A stretch of DNA of 61,556 nt, the filler included, from Hausera hauseri (lineage: Eukaryota), in the NCBI GenBank assembly GCA_046269625.1. It is 11 parts of 11 records of this genome, joined end to end, with 100 filler letters (N's around TTAATTAATTAA, not from the genome) between each part and the next. Parts side by side here need not be neighbours in the genome. Positions count along the whole stretch, not along the records: positions 20,104 to 26,285 come from JBJURY010128650.1; positions 26,386 to 30,494 come from JBJURY010756319.1; positions 30,595 to 41,236 come from JBJURY010162198.1; 8 more parts are not named here. The stretch is one strand, 5' to 3'. The position numbers and the translations under genes are program-made. How positions within the stretch are numbered: the stretch's first letter is position 1; each line of letters opens with the position of its first letter. Below, piece by piece: positions 21,995-35,350 of this stretch. The notes under the pieces were generated by a model that worked only from the letters and a program-made list of their open reading frames with translations, was not told the origin of the DNA and searched no databases.

Positions 21995-24900
21995 TTAAGG
22001 CCACTTTGGTCTTGCCACGAACAAGCTGCTGCTAACAGACAGGCTCGCCGCCACAAGTGAACATCCTTTTTTTCGATTGGCAGCTGGATAAAAAACAATG
22101 TTATTCACGGCTTGAATTGGTTCAAATTGGACAACACATTTATCCAGCAATGATGCAAATGTGTGAATTCGATTATCATTTTGCTTACGCCCATCTTCTG
22201 AATCAGATTTGTCTCTTGAAGTATTTGACTTCCATGTTAACAATTGATGAGGAGTAGACAACTCGAAAACATTTGTTATCAAAACACATGCTTTTCTCCA
22301 AATATCCGAACTGAACTTAACATTCGATATAATTACTGTTTCCAGACAACTTGTGTAGAACCTAGCTAACTGCTCGTGATCTTGTAAACAACACCACTTC
22401 AGTTTATTGAGCAAGTCATCCAGAAGAGCTGTGTGTAAAACCTAGAAATACTGCAAAAATACATTAACAACAGCATGAAGCGTATGATTGCAAGTGGTAT
22501 TTAACCATTCACTTCTGTCGTTCAAAGAAAAATCTTTGGCTGAAACATGCGTTGGTCAGGTAATACTACTCGCTGCCGGTACATGTTGAAGTATCCGAAA
22601 GACTAAATTAAAATTATCCTGCCACCAACGAGACCTGAATCCACTTCCGTAACCTTTTATTATTCCAAAGAATACTGTCAAGCCTCTCGTACGAACGTCA
22701 AGTTTGCAGTTGCTAATCACTCTAAAAAGTTCGCATAGAATTGGCATCCAGCCTTTTATCCTAATAGTATCGTCATCATCAATTTTATCATATGACAAAA
22801 CCGTGCCGAACTGCTCTATAGGACTGAGGAAACTTTCTTATGACGAAATTTCTTTGAACAAATGACCTTGCTCTTCAATTAATCTGACACACTGTCGAAT
22901 TAATCGTATAGCTTCCATGTTAATGTCCGGAAAATTTGTGTTACAAGCAAATCTTGAAAGGCTTTTCGCTGAATTTAGAAACGAATCCTGTACTAAATGA
23001 AATGAAGTCTTAAAGACGTCTTTCACAACAAAAGATAGAGTCTCGAACGCCATTGCAACGATTAGTTCCTGCTCAAATAATGTACCACTAGCAGCCCGTA
23101 AGAACACCATGAGAAAATTAGTCCATTCAGAACGAATGTTGCTCCAGTGAGATTGTACAAATTGTGCGACACAACGAACAACCACGTCATCCACATTTTC
23201 TACAAATTTTCTTTGCCTTCCATAACACTGACAAATGGCCTAAGGAAGTCTTTTTGAAAATGAAAATAGGGGAATTCACACTTTTCAATATATTTCCCTG
23301 CTAATTGCCGTAACGAATCCATAGCGAATATTGCAACGTCTTCATTAGACGACCTACTAGCATCTGTAAAATGTTCACCGATTATTTGCCACACGCAAGA
23401 CCATTGAAGACGTATTCTTCCCATATTGTAATAAGCTATTTTTACAAGTGTTTGTAAACTGAATATTCGAGGCTGAGGTAGAAAAAGTTCATCTTTGTTC
23501 ACCTGGCATAGAGCTTTGACAAAGTCAACAATCGCGTCTCCATCCAGTCTGACAGAACCAGTAAAAACTTTATCAACTGCTACGATAACACTTTGAGAAC
23601 CAGTTTCACCCATGACTTCTTTAAGTAAGGCGATATTCTTTTGTCGATCAGCTAATAAAATTGTTAAATTAACTGTAGAAATCCCGTCCACATCCGAGAA
23701 GCTTGATTTAGAAGTTTTTGATACCTGGTTGCCAATATTTTGTATATCATCGGATTTCGTACTAGTTTTTCGGATATCAGCATCAAAAATCTTCTTTGAA
23801 AATATTTGAGTTGCAAGACTCTCTTGAAGCACTTTTGGTGGTCCGGTACTACCGATCAATTGGGCTGATTCAAGTTGGGACATACACCGGAGTATTTCTA
23901 ACCAGGAAGTTCCAAGATAATTTCCATCCGTATGTGCAACAGATAATAACGTTTCAATTGTATCGATATTTTTTGGCTTGATACCTTCGCTTGAACTTCC
24001 TCTTTCCAGATCCATGTTAAAAATACATGCTATTCTGATAGCACATCGAATGCCTTCCAAACAGAAGCGTGAAATATCCATATCATCACATTCCCGCAGG
24101 GTAACACTGAATGATGCTAAAAATGATCTCCATACGACTTTAAACATATGTTTTGCATGTTCTTAATGCGTAGCACTAGTTAAATCGGACTCGACGTGGG
24201 AAATTGATTCCATCACTTCTTTTGCAGCTTTCGATAATTCCTCCATTTCTATATTGAAGAGAATATTTCGATACTTTTCCGAAGATGATTGTTACTATCA
24301 ATGAAACTTACATGTTTTCGGTCAACGGTAGATTCCTTAACTTTTATTTCATTCTCCGCAATTTCATCATAAATCTTTCCGAGATATTCAACGTCCAGAT
24401 CACGGCTTTCACTAATACCACGATTCATTTTTATGTACGCATATTTGCGCATGCGATTTTTGTTTTTTATTTGCGAACTATGAAGATCAGTGGTTAGCAT
24501 GATAATAGAATACGCTAGAACGTATGCCGTATCAGCAGATTTAAATGCGGATTCATTGGGTTACACTCGCAAAACCGAGACGCAAATTTTCCCATCAATC
24601 GATCATTTTTCTGAGCTTCGCATGGTAGACGAAATCCGGACAGAAATTCCCGAAGAGGCGACACAAAATCCTTTCCGGAAAAGTCTAACTGATCCACGTA
24701 TGCATACATGACCTCGATATTGTACTTGTTATTTTCACCAAGAAAATCTCCGATGGCCGTTTTGTCAAGTCGCTCGTCTTTGTGCAAAAATTCCGCAATG
24801 TCATCCACCGTTGTTCCAAGTAAATCCTGTCGTTGTAAATAGTTCAGACCCTTCAGCGGGTACTTGTTGAATATCCCAATGCCGTGTTCGAACATTTCTT

Positions 24901-26285
24901 TCTGTTGTTTTCTGCTCGCGAAATGTTCGGGATTATCCGGTGTATTTTGCGTGACGTTTCCTACTGGATGATTCGTGTAGTTTACCAAAGACGACTGTGA
25001 GGAACTTCGGGAATTGATACTGCTGGTACTTTCGATTTTTGTTAAATTGCTTTGATTCTTTTTACCGGGTTTCGGTGCAACTCCACTGCCGATGACGCCC
25101 TCGTGTCGTTCCTGCTCGACGCCGAAATACGACTGAGATTCGGGACTGATGTAGAGTTCGTTAGACCATTCCACCATGCATTGGACGATATGACAAAGAC
25201 AGTCAAGCGCCTTAAGTCGCAATGTCTGTTGGTTTGTGTTGACATTACCTGGCGATTTCAATTGGGCTATTTTCTCCAGACTCTTCACCAACAAAACAAA
25301 AATATTCGCCAGACTAAATTCACAATCGTAATTGAGATAAATGTCCACGACGCATTGTGCATTCATACAAATACGTTTCAAAGCTTCCAGAACAAGATCC
25401 TTATGAACGAACGAACTCCGAGGTGATTCAAGAATGAACAGGAAAATTTCCTTGAAAAACACTTCGTTCTGCCGTTTTAAATGCTGTTTAAAATTGGATA
25501 ATAATGAGAGAAAAATGGATAGAGATAATTCGAATACTTCAGGAATCGATGAAACGCCGTTTTTTGATAAAGCAACACAGAGATACTGCCGAATGGCATT
25601 GATGAATATTTCGCTTTGTTTAAAAACCGGACCGGCATTTTGTAGAATATTGAGTAATAATTCCAGAGAGAGGATTTTCGAACGTAAATCATGGGATTTT
25701 GGATCGGGAATTCCATCGGGGAGGGCTTTCATTGAGAGACGACACAGACTACAAAAAATAAGAAAGGCATCATTATGAGACGCATGAGCAAAATTTTTAC
25801 GCTTAACAGATTGCGAATTGATTGTCTAAAGGCTCCTGACTTTCACCATCACAAAGACTCTCTCTACTTTCAGTCTTAGCTTTGTCAACATTAGACAAAG
25901 CGTTGTCAATTATTTTATCCACAATTTCACTAACCACCTGCCATGAGTTTTCTTCCGATTCCGTTGTTCCATTATTTTCATCTATCAACGTGTCTTCTTT
26001 GTCAATTCTTTCTGACACATCAGCAATACTTTCGTCTATTTTCATCACTTCCTACATGGTTTCTTTTTCCATTTTATTAAAGATGGAATTGATCATCTGA
26101 GTCAGAGATGCTTTAGCAGTTGTTTGGTTAACCTAATCTTTGCTAGCTAGATAAATGCCAAAGCACGTGCGGACCATGTTAATCAGATTATTTTCATGAA
26201 CTTCTAAAGTTGGATTGATCACAACTGTAAGAATACCTTTAATGATTTGCAATTGTACAGTATCACCTGATTGACCGTTTTGACG
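21995..26285 (-). pseudogene. ARFGEF1: Brefeldin A-inhibited Arf-GEF (BIG1/BIG2, Sec7 family), intronless and disrupted
   Basis: [18 protein letters not shown] (HUS box), Sec7 [14 protein letters not shown] and [44 protein letters not shown]. Multiple stops and frameshifts. Confidence 0.92.
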
Positions 26286-26385
26286 NNNNNNNNNNNNNNN
26301 NNNNNNNNNNNNNNNNNNNNNNNNNNNNNTTAATTAATTAANNNNNNNNNNNNNNNNNNNNNNNNNNNNNNNNNNNNNNNNNNNN
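26286..26385. other. Artificial contig linker
   Basis: N44-TTAATTAATTAA-N44. Confidence 0.99.
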
Positions 26386-26462
26386 CCTACGCAATGTTCA
26401 TTTCTCACTTTCCTTACAGCCTTGTCTTTTGTCTGTTCGTCGGTAATTATAGCCACTATTCG
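26386..26462. repeat. 77-bp direct repeat identical to 26926-27002
   Basis: Encodes RIVAIITDEQTKDKAVRKVRNEHCV twice, 540 nt apart and in frame, at the contig end. Confidence 0.9.
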
Positions 26463-29400
26463 GATCACCAAGTGTAATATTACTTTCCTTAATTCTTCCT
26501 TAGTATTCTCTACCATAATTTCCTCGATGAAAACTTCACCAGGTAAGTTGCTTTTGTTTATTTTGAACCGAAATGTTCTCATTATCATTGCTGCGTCGTA
26601 TAATACCTTTTCTTTTTCATTCAACATCTCGTATCTTGGTCCCGAATAGTTCACTATTTTTATAATGTTTCTCAGCAACTTGTTTAATTCTTCGCTATCG
26701 AAGTTAATCGCGGGCATGGAAAATTGCCTTGGTTCTTGTATCAAGGCTGCATTTTGGTCAATATCATCTCTTATTTTCCTCGGCCTTCCAACGGGTCGTT
26801 TCTGTTTCGGCGCAGTTGGTATTGCTTCGCTAATTGGTACTAGATTCTTATCGTATTGTTCCTTATCTTCCTCACTTTGGAGGTAGTCAAAATACATTAC
26901 AGGGTCTCGGATTCCCATAATACGTCCTACGCAATGTTCATTTCTCACTTTCCTTACAGCCTTGTCTTTTGTCTGTTCGTCGGTAATTATAGCCACTATT
27001 CGATTTGATTCCTCTGGAAAAATTCCAACGTCTATTAGTAGCTCGGGTTCGTCCAGTATCCTACCTCGGAAATATAATCGATAATTTACTTCATCTTTTC
27101 CACCGTTTTGTACTATCCACTGGTTTACTTCTCTAACCGATGTTATCGTTGTACATTAAATTTCTCTCTCTTCCATCCATTCAGCTGATAATTTTACTTT
27201 AATCGTCGTTTCGGGTTTAGCTTTCAAGAAATCAGCGTATTTCTTTATCAATAGTCTGGGTACTGAGATATAAACGGCATTTCCGCCTGAGAGTTTGGTT
27301 AATGTAGGGATCAATTGTCTCAGTTTGCTCGCCATCATGTTGACGTTGATCTGCTCAGTTAATTCTTTCTCGGCCCGTTCGGGATCCAAGAGCATATCCA
27401 TATCAAATCGTCGGTCTGTTGGAAGAATATCCTTTTTTGAAGTTGGATGGCTGTTTTTGGGTTTTGGTTCTACACATCTTCCAAATAAGCATCTCATCCT
27501 TTGTCATCTGTGACGTCTGAAAGCCCATAATCCAACAATACCGTGGACGCCCTTCGTACATTTTCGCGTATCTCGTTTAATCTCAACTGTACTTCTCTCA
27601 TTAAGTTGGTTCGAAACTCTGCTCCGTTTCCACACGCAAGTTGTATCGTTTTTAATCTTGGTCCTAGTTCATCTGTAGGGAACAATACTTTTCTTTCGTA
27701 ATCTGTTAATTCGGTCGTTACATCCGTTAACCATCTTTGTAAGAATTCTCTTTTATTCGTTAACTCTGATTGTGTGATCTTATATTTATTCTTATAAGTC
27801 TCTGATTCTTTGCCTAATTCATCTAGCTTTGTAGCTCTTTGCTTTGTGCGAATTCGCAATTCGTTTATATCTTTAACTTGAGTTGTCAATTGTCGCGTCT
27901 TGTTGTCATCTATCTCTGTCATTGTTGATATAAGCAATATTAAGCCGTGCATTTCTTTTAGAGTTTTCGAATCGGGATCTATTTCTTCAATTAGTCTCTT
28001 TACGAATTTAGCCTTGTCTGATGTGAGGTGACAATCTTTGGTTATTTCTATTAATTCAGCGCGGCAATTTTGGTCGGTATCCAATGCCCACTCAAAAGGA
28101 CAATGTAGATATTTTAGTACTTCTTCTAACGCGATTTGATGATTTGGGCAAATATCCAATGTCGATAGATCACATATGGATATTTCATCTATGGACCATG
28201 TTGCCAAATGTCGTAAACCTTCTAGGCGGACACATTTTAGTCTCATCGATAAGGAGGAGATCTTTTCCTGTTTCGCCGATAATTCCATTTCTTCGATCGT
28301 GGTATACAATTCTTCTGTGAGTTTTATTTCCTAATCTTTACTCATAAATCTTAGTCTCAATAACGCATTAAATTCAACTCGAAAGTTTGCCTATGTTTTG
28401 TAAACATCTAGGTTACGGAGTATTTCTTTTAGCTATTGTTTTAATATCGGTTTACATTCTGAATATTTCCTTAGACGATATTTCGTTAAACTCACTAATA
28501 TGTCTAACAGTTCAATCCATTCTTTGAATTGGTTCTCTATCATTGGTTTCGCGTTTATTACATTCTCTAACTGTTCATAGGCATCATTCAATTTATCGTC
28601 CGGACCTTTAATATAGTCCATTACTCCTTTAACGTAGTTAACTTCTTTCTTGTATTCGTCCAATTCTAAAATATATGTTTTCGTTATGTTTTGCACTTCT
28701 TGGTCCTCTGCATACGTTATTTTATTCCTATATCTGTAGATTTCGGAGCGCCTTTTTTCTTGCGAGGATATGAGAATTCCTATGTCCGCATATTCTTTAG
28801 GTGCACTGTACGCATCTTACACATTTCCATTTTGAGAGGAATGTCTACCGGTTCTATGCCTAGTATTAAAAATTCGTTTTCATCTAATTCGTATATTGGT
28901 TTATTTTTGAGGTGATAGATTACTGCAGTCTCTATTTCTACCATTAACATCTCTAAGTTCCGTTTAGTTCGCTTCTGTTTTGGATCCGTTTCTAGAGTCT
29001 TTAGTAATCCTTGGGCAGTCGCCACTTTACTCTTAATTTCTATTTCTTGATTATACCATGTGACGGTGAAGTCGATTCAGATTTTTATCCATGAATATAG
29101 TTTAGTCTTCCATTTTTCAATTGACTTCTCCATAATTTCATCCATTTTCTCTGGTTCCTTCTTCCTGCTAACGTCTTCTTCAAGGTACCATTTAAATTCT
29201 TTATACATTCTTTCGGCGAACTGCTGTTCTTTTCCAGACACATGTACTTGAGTTTTTATATGGTTTAATTCTTCCAGATTCCGACGCATCGTCCCTGTAT
29301 CTCTTGGCGCATCCTAATTTCATTTAATTTATCTGCATTTTACCAGGATTTTCTGATAATCCACACCTTTTCGTCTAGCCTTTTAATTCGCTCCGTGTCA

Positions 29401-30494
29401 TCAGTCTCGCCTTCGCCATCGGGTAATAGACATATCTCGTTTATCTCGCTGTTCGTGTCTCCTACTGTTACGCGTGTATTTGGAATATCTGGAACTTTAG
29501 TAAACTCCACATCGGGAGTGTCTAAGTTTGATATGTCCTCTTCTCGGACTTTAGTTTTCTCTGCATTGTCTCTTTTTAATGGCGATCTTGATCGACCCTT
29601 TGGCTTCTTTTTAAGCGATGGATTACGACCTCTATTTTTGTTATTTTAAGGACTAATGGATCTATATATTCACTCTCGATTTCGTCAGCCACATCTTGAC
29701 GTCCTTCTGTCAGGGTTTCACATTCAGCGTCCAAGTCTACACAGGGTGATACTGCTGCTATTTCGCTTTTGTTCACCTCTTTTGTCTGAGCGGGCTTTCC
29801 AGGCACATTCTTCTTGCGAACCATATTACTATTGTCTGGCGCTATTAAGTACTCATTTTTTTAAAGGTTCAACTAATCCGTGATATACTTCTAATATTCG
29901 AACGTTATCTTTATATTCCTTTCGAGCCTTCAGGATTTGCGGATTATTTGTTTCTCGTTGGCTTTTCAAATATCCACGTGAATCATGAATATCCAAAATT
30001 GCGTCTATGTCGCCTCTGGGACCATATTTCGCCTCTAGATCTTCCTGCGTCTTAATCATACTTGTCTTAGTCGGTTCGGTAAACGAAACGCTTGCGGATT
30101 TGTTCTAGCTATGTGACCTTCCTTACCACATGTATAACATATTAAGTCCTCATTTGTGGGTGATTTTGAGCGGTTGTCGCTCCTAGAATAGCCCTGATTT
30201 AAAGGTTTTATCCGACTACTTCCGCCGTATTTGTTTTCGTTGTTCCTAAAGTCATTATATCTGTTTCCGTCCTTATATTTAAAACTTTTGTTATTGCTCT
30301 TATAACCATCTTGGTTCGAGTTGTAGTTCGGCTTTGCCGCGTTCATACTATTTAAATTCCGATTATTGTCGAAGCTTTTGTTCCCATAACACGGATTTTT
30401 ATCCATCCTATTATCGAAATTTCGATTTCGATTATGTTCATGGAATAGTCAACTGCTTCTGTTTCTATCGCTGCGCTCGTTTAGTTCGGCATTC
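26386..30494 (-). mobile_element. Degenerate retroelement-like long ORF: Gag zinc knuckle followed by >1000 aa of coiled-coil/unknown sequence containing a UBL domain
   Basis: An N/R/S-rich linker then CYTCGKEGHIAR (30103-30140). All downstream ORFs are co-oriented and joinable by stops or frameshifts. UBL at ~26985-27210. Confidence 0.6.
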
Positions 30495-30594
30495 NNNNNN
30501 NNNNNNNNNNNNNNNNNNNNNNNNNNNNNNNNNNNNNNTTAATTAATTAANNNNNNNNNNNNNNNNNNNNNNNNNNNNNNNNNNNNNNNNNNNN
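30495..30594. other. Artificial contig linker
   Basis: N44-TTAATTAATTAA-N44. Confidence 0.99.
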
Positions 30595-30595
30595 A

Positions 30596-30763
30596 ACAAC
30601 AGACAGCAGTCCGCTTTGTTATATAAAACCTGAAAGTGAACTCAACATTCCAAGTGGTTTTCCAAAATTTTATCCGTTACGAAACTTAGATTTAACAAAT
30701 GATACATTATGGATCGAATTTGAATGGATTCCAGAGGAAACACCAATGGAGAAAAGAATTTAA
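30596..30763 (+). CDS. C-terminus of a TRAF-type MATH domain protein (partial)
   Basis: PLCYIKPESELNIPSGFPKFYPLRNLDLTNDTLWIEF matches the TRAF-C pattern F.RP.SEMNIASG.P.F.PL....DDTIFI. AATAAA follows at ~30845 and ~30859. Confidence 0.7.
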   Translation, partial: TTDSSPLCYIKPESELNIPSGFPKFYPLRNLDLTNDTLWIEFEWIPEETPMEKRI

Positions 30764-30889
30764 TATCTAACGTATTTGTCATATGAATTGTCTTCCATTG
30801 TGACAAAACTGAATCAGGTTATTTCATCGATCACTATTTGGTTAAATAAAGATTTGTAAATAAAAATTTCATGTTATCGCTTGTGACTT

Positions 30890-31328
30890 TATAAATAAGG
30901 GGTAGGAATAGTGAAACCCAGTTGGCCCCACTGCTCCCTGATTCGTCCTCTACTCCCATTGGCCAATTTTTCCTTTACATGATGACGTGATCGCTACACT
31001 AAAATTAAAACAAATAAGGGGTGGGAATAATGAAACCCATTTGGCACCACTGCTCCCTGATTGGCCAATTTTTTTTCCTTCACATGATGACGTGTTCGCC
31101 TCAACAGCCCCAGAAATGCTTTGTTCAAAAGGGGTGGGAATAGTGAAACCCAGTTGACACCAGCTTTCTTCAACCAGTGCTCCCTGATTGGTTAGTTTTC
31201 CTCACCCAGCCATCATCTGCTCTACTCCCATTAATCAATTTTCCTTCCCTCGATGACGTGTTTTCTTCCAATTGGCTTTCTTCCTTCTCTGGGGGGGGTT
31301 TGGTGCCAAGTCCTCACTTCTAACTACT
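30890..31328. mobile_element. Polinton terminal region, family B (terminus at 31328), with three ~118-bp internal repeats
   Basis: The reverse complement starts AGTAGTTAGAAGTGAGGACTTGGCACCAAACCCCCCCCAG and interrupts a gag frame exactly at EECW|. The repeats carry GGGGTGGGAATAGTGAAACC, ATTGG and TGACGTG. Confidence 0.7.
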
Positions 31329-32390
31329 ACCAGCACTCTTCGTTTCGCAGTTGCTGTTGCCGTTGTAGACCAATGAAATTAATTTCAGCCAAAGTAGCCG
31401 GCATTTGAGATCTTCTGGACCGAGTTTGAAGATTATTTGGTCGACGACGTTTCTGAAATTGTTGAATCTGGTATGGAGAAATGCTAGCTGGGGCAGCCGC
31501 ATGTGAACCATCGGAAATAGGCCACGTTGAAGGTGGCATTGGTGGTAAATAAGCTAGGTGATCCCCAACACCAAGAATGGAATCAGAAAATTGCTCAATT
31601 GGAGATTGTAAAGAATCTGTCTCAATAATATACTGACCATGTGAAAGGGATGATTTATGGCTCAAAGACATTTGTTGAACGTTTGTAGGAATATTCTGAT
31701 TGGTTGTTATTTGAACATTAGTAAATAGTTTCCTTGATATATTCGTGGATGGCAAATGTGCCATTTGAACTTGATTTTGTTGCGCTAATAAATCTGACAT
31801 GATTGACTGGCCATTGGCAGTTTGAACTACAGAAATGATCTGTTCGGTGAAGTGTTGAATACCACTACCGTCACGAGAATCAATTAAACTATTAGCGGAC
31901 GACGCAAGGTTAAGTGAGGAAAAGTCGATTGGCTGTACATGGTTGTCAGTAAGGATTTCGACGAACTTATCAGCATTAATACACTCTGTAAAGTCGTTAG
32001 CTTCTTCAAGATCATTAGATAATACGTATTTATCGACAATTTTAAGCGTTGGGTCTGCTGTTTGCAGAAGGCAATTTTGTGCTCTCTTGTACGAATTTTT
32101 GGATGAAATATTTCTGCAATTCCATTAAACTCCTGCAGAAGGTGCACTTGTAGGAGGGAGAAGAACAGTAGAGTTCGTCTGTAGGATTACGATAATGACT
32201 GTCGGACCATGTAGGGTGTATAAAGATCCACAGTATTGCACTACCGTTGTTGAGAAAGAAAGGCGTGCATGGAAAATGATGGTGCATTCCTGGAACTGCG
32301 GTTTTTGAAATCCCACTTCTGACGCCAATGTAAATTTTTGTCATTGCGTTGTTTGGTTTCGGTTAATTCGGTAATAAACTTTATATACAT
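31329..32390 (-). mobile_element. 5' part of an LTR retrotransposon (LTR end, tRNA-Leu PBS, gag fragments)
   Basis: ..TTTACA-T-TGGCGTCAGAAGTGGGATT PBS at 32309-32327. CTPFFLNNGSAILWI is homologous to the copy at ~52980. The gag-like ORF 31327..31800 is cut by the Polinton end. Confidence 0.7.
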
Positions 32391-32419
32391 GTCTCTTTGA
32401 GGACAGAATTTGACTGGAA

Positions 32420-35350
32420 GTATTCAAGTCTTTAAAAATATTTCCTAAGTCTGTCAGACTTTTTACTGCCATTGGACAAGCTTTGCGCATTTATGGTACT
32501 GCAGAACTTTTTTTACCTTGGCACATTTCTTTGAAGTCTTCCACCGGAAATTCATAGTCGCTGATATCAAACCTCCTATCTTAGCTCCTGTTTTTCTATC
32601 ACACCACAATTTACTTGTCGACTGCAGATAGCATCTTGTGACCAAAAATACAGTCAATAATACAAATTCACGGAATAGTACACCACTTGTCGCACAGCTG
32701 ACTGCGGTGCCAAAATTGATATTAAAGAAACTTGTTATGAAACTAAATAAATTGAGTTTTGGCAATTCCGATTATGACGATTCTGGTCATACAATCACTA
32801 AAAGAAATAACTACTAATACAAACATAATCTCTCAGCCTGCATCTCCATTCTCACAACTAGATTCAGCTCTTTGAGATTACATAACAACTTCTTGTGCCA
32901 GAACATTAAAGAAAGATGCCAATTTTAAACCTGCTTTTGAAACATACTATCACATCGTCACTGAACACCAAAGGCAAATTGAGCAGAAGGGTCGGCCACT
33001 TTCTCCTCGCAGACGGAAAGCGGTAGACTTGGAATTTAACGAACTAAATAAAACAAGAACCATAAGAAGTCAAAATCTCATTGGGCCTCTACTCTACATA
33101 TTGTGCCCAAGAAAGATGGCACTTTTTGGCCCTGCGGCGATTATTGCCAATTGAACACTATTACGGTAATAGATGCATATCCATTACCGCTCATTTACGA
33201 CATTCTACATCGACTCCATGGAAACACCATCTTTTCATCCATAGATTTGCACAAAGTCTGCCATCAGATTCCCGTGCACTTGCAGACATACCTAAAACGG
33301 CTGTAACAACACCTTTCAGCCCTTTCGAGTATGTTTGTATGCCATTCGGACTTCATAGTGCTTCACAAACATTTCAAAGGCACATAGACACAGCATTCGC
33401 CGGTCTAAACTTTGCGTTCCCATATATAGACAACATCCTCATTGCTTCGTCGTCTCCAAAACAGCATTCTGAGAATTTACGCATAGTCCGTTAGCGCCTT
33501 CACCAAATAACCTCGAAGTCAACTTCGCTAAATGTTGCTTTTTTCAACAAAGGATCAGCTTTCTTGGTCATATTATCAGCAAATCTGACCACTCTCTTCA
33601 AGAAGATCGCATAACTAAGCTTAACAACATTCATTTGCCACGTACAATAACTGAAACACGTTCTTTTATTGGCACACTCCACTTTTTTCACAAATATATA
33701 CCACATTGCTCTGAATTAACCGCTTGCATTTCTGGAAAAAAAGAAACAATTAATTCACTGGACTCCTGAAATTGTCAACCAATTTGACCATTTACGTGAA
33801 GGTTTAAAAACTGTCGAAATACTAGCTTATTCTAAACCAGGTGCTGAACTAATACTAACCATAAATGCTTCTACCACAGCAGTTGGAGCTATACTGCATC
33901 AAATATTCAATACTGCCAATGAACCTCTGGAAATTTTTCTCGTAAATTAACACCTCCCAAAAGCCGTTATTCAACTTTTGACAGAGAACTCCTAGTTATA
34001 GTACTAGCGCCAAAACACTTCTCGCATCTGTTATTTGCTAGGTCTTTTACCATTCAAACAGACCATAAACCTTTGCTTCGTATAATGGACATGAAAAATC
34101 CGTCATCTCAAGACGAACGTCACATATAGTACTTGTCGACATTGGATTTTAAAATTGTACATGTTTCCGGTACTGATAATTTAGATGCCGATTTTTTGTC
34201 AAGGTCAGTTAATATCGTAGGAGTTACTCCTATTTTTTCACAAGCAGTGATTTGACAAAACGTGCCAACACAGGATATTCTCAAATTCTTCAAATCACAA
34301 AAAATCATCGACGGAATTGCTTACGACACCCCCTCACCCGGTAATCACAAACCAATATTGTCTTCATTGTTGCAGAAAACTGCATTTCACAGCGTTCATG
34401 CTCTTCATCATCCAGGTGCCAAAGCAACATTTCTACTTCTTCAGCGCAACGTTATATGGCCGTCGATGAGATCAGGTGTACAGGCATGGGTTAAGGAGTG
34501 TGTGACATGTCAAAAGTTTAAAGTTAACAACCATCTGAAACCACCATTATATCACTTCCCCTGTGCTTCGCTTTTCGAGTCCGTGCATATTGACCTAGTC
34601 GGCCCTCTTCGTCGAAACAACGGCCATCAATTCACATTGACCACGATGGACCGTGCTTCTCGATGACCAGAAGCCATTTCAATACTCTCCACCAACTCGG
34701 ACATTATCGCTGAAGTTTTCATTAAAACTTGGATTAGCAGATTTGGCTCACCTCGTTTCATTATCACGGACCAACGTTCACAATTTGAGTCAAATCTTTT
34801 TAAATCTTTATTCAATCGCTTGGGGATCAAACACGTACATTCTTCTCCATATTATCCTAAAGCGAATGATTTACATGAGCGATTCCACCGTGCAATGAAG
34901 ACCTCGCTCAAAATCCTTGCTGAATCACATAGCAACTGGGCATCTCTCCTTCCACTGGTCCTGCTTGGTTGGCGTAACACACCCTCTACAACTACGGGTT
35001 GTGCACCAGCTGAAGAATTGTTTGGCACACCTATACGTGCGCTTTATGAATTAACTGATACAGATGATACGCCAACAGATGAGCTAATTTGAAATGCACA
35101 AAATCACTTTGTGGCATTAAGCACTCATTTTGTAAAATTGTAAACAACAACAAGTCAAATATACCAAATGATCTTTATACCACTAGGTTTTTTTGGCTTT
35201 ATAATCCGTCACCTTGTGGTTTTCCATCACAGTACGTTCGGCCCTTCAAACTACTTGCATTGTCGTCTCACGCTACCACGATTCTTAAAAGCGGCAAAGA
35301 ACAAGCTGTTCACATTACAAACCTAAAACCAGCTTTCTTCGTTCACGATA
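32420..35350 (+). mobile_element. CsRN1-like Ty3/gypsy pol (PR-RT-RH-IN), degenerate
   Basis: PKKDGTFWPCGDYCQLN, MPFGLHSASQTFQR, YIDNILIAS, YSTFDRELL, TDHKPL; integrase HALHHPG..CVTCQ, VHIDLVGP, ITDQ, ERFHRAMK. Confidence 0.92.

Noticed and set aside
27156-30059. Prokaryote-like translational coupling (ATGA overlaps at 27494-27497 and 30056-30059)
   Set aside because: It is more simply explained as frameshift fragments of one decayed long ORF. No Shine-Dalgarno pattern is evident.
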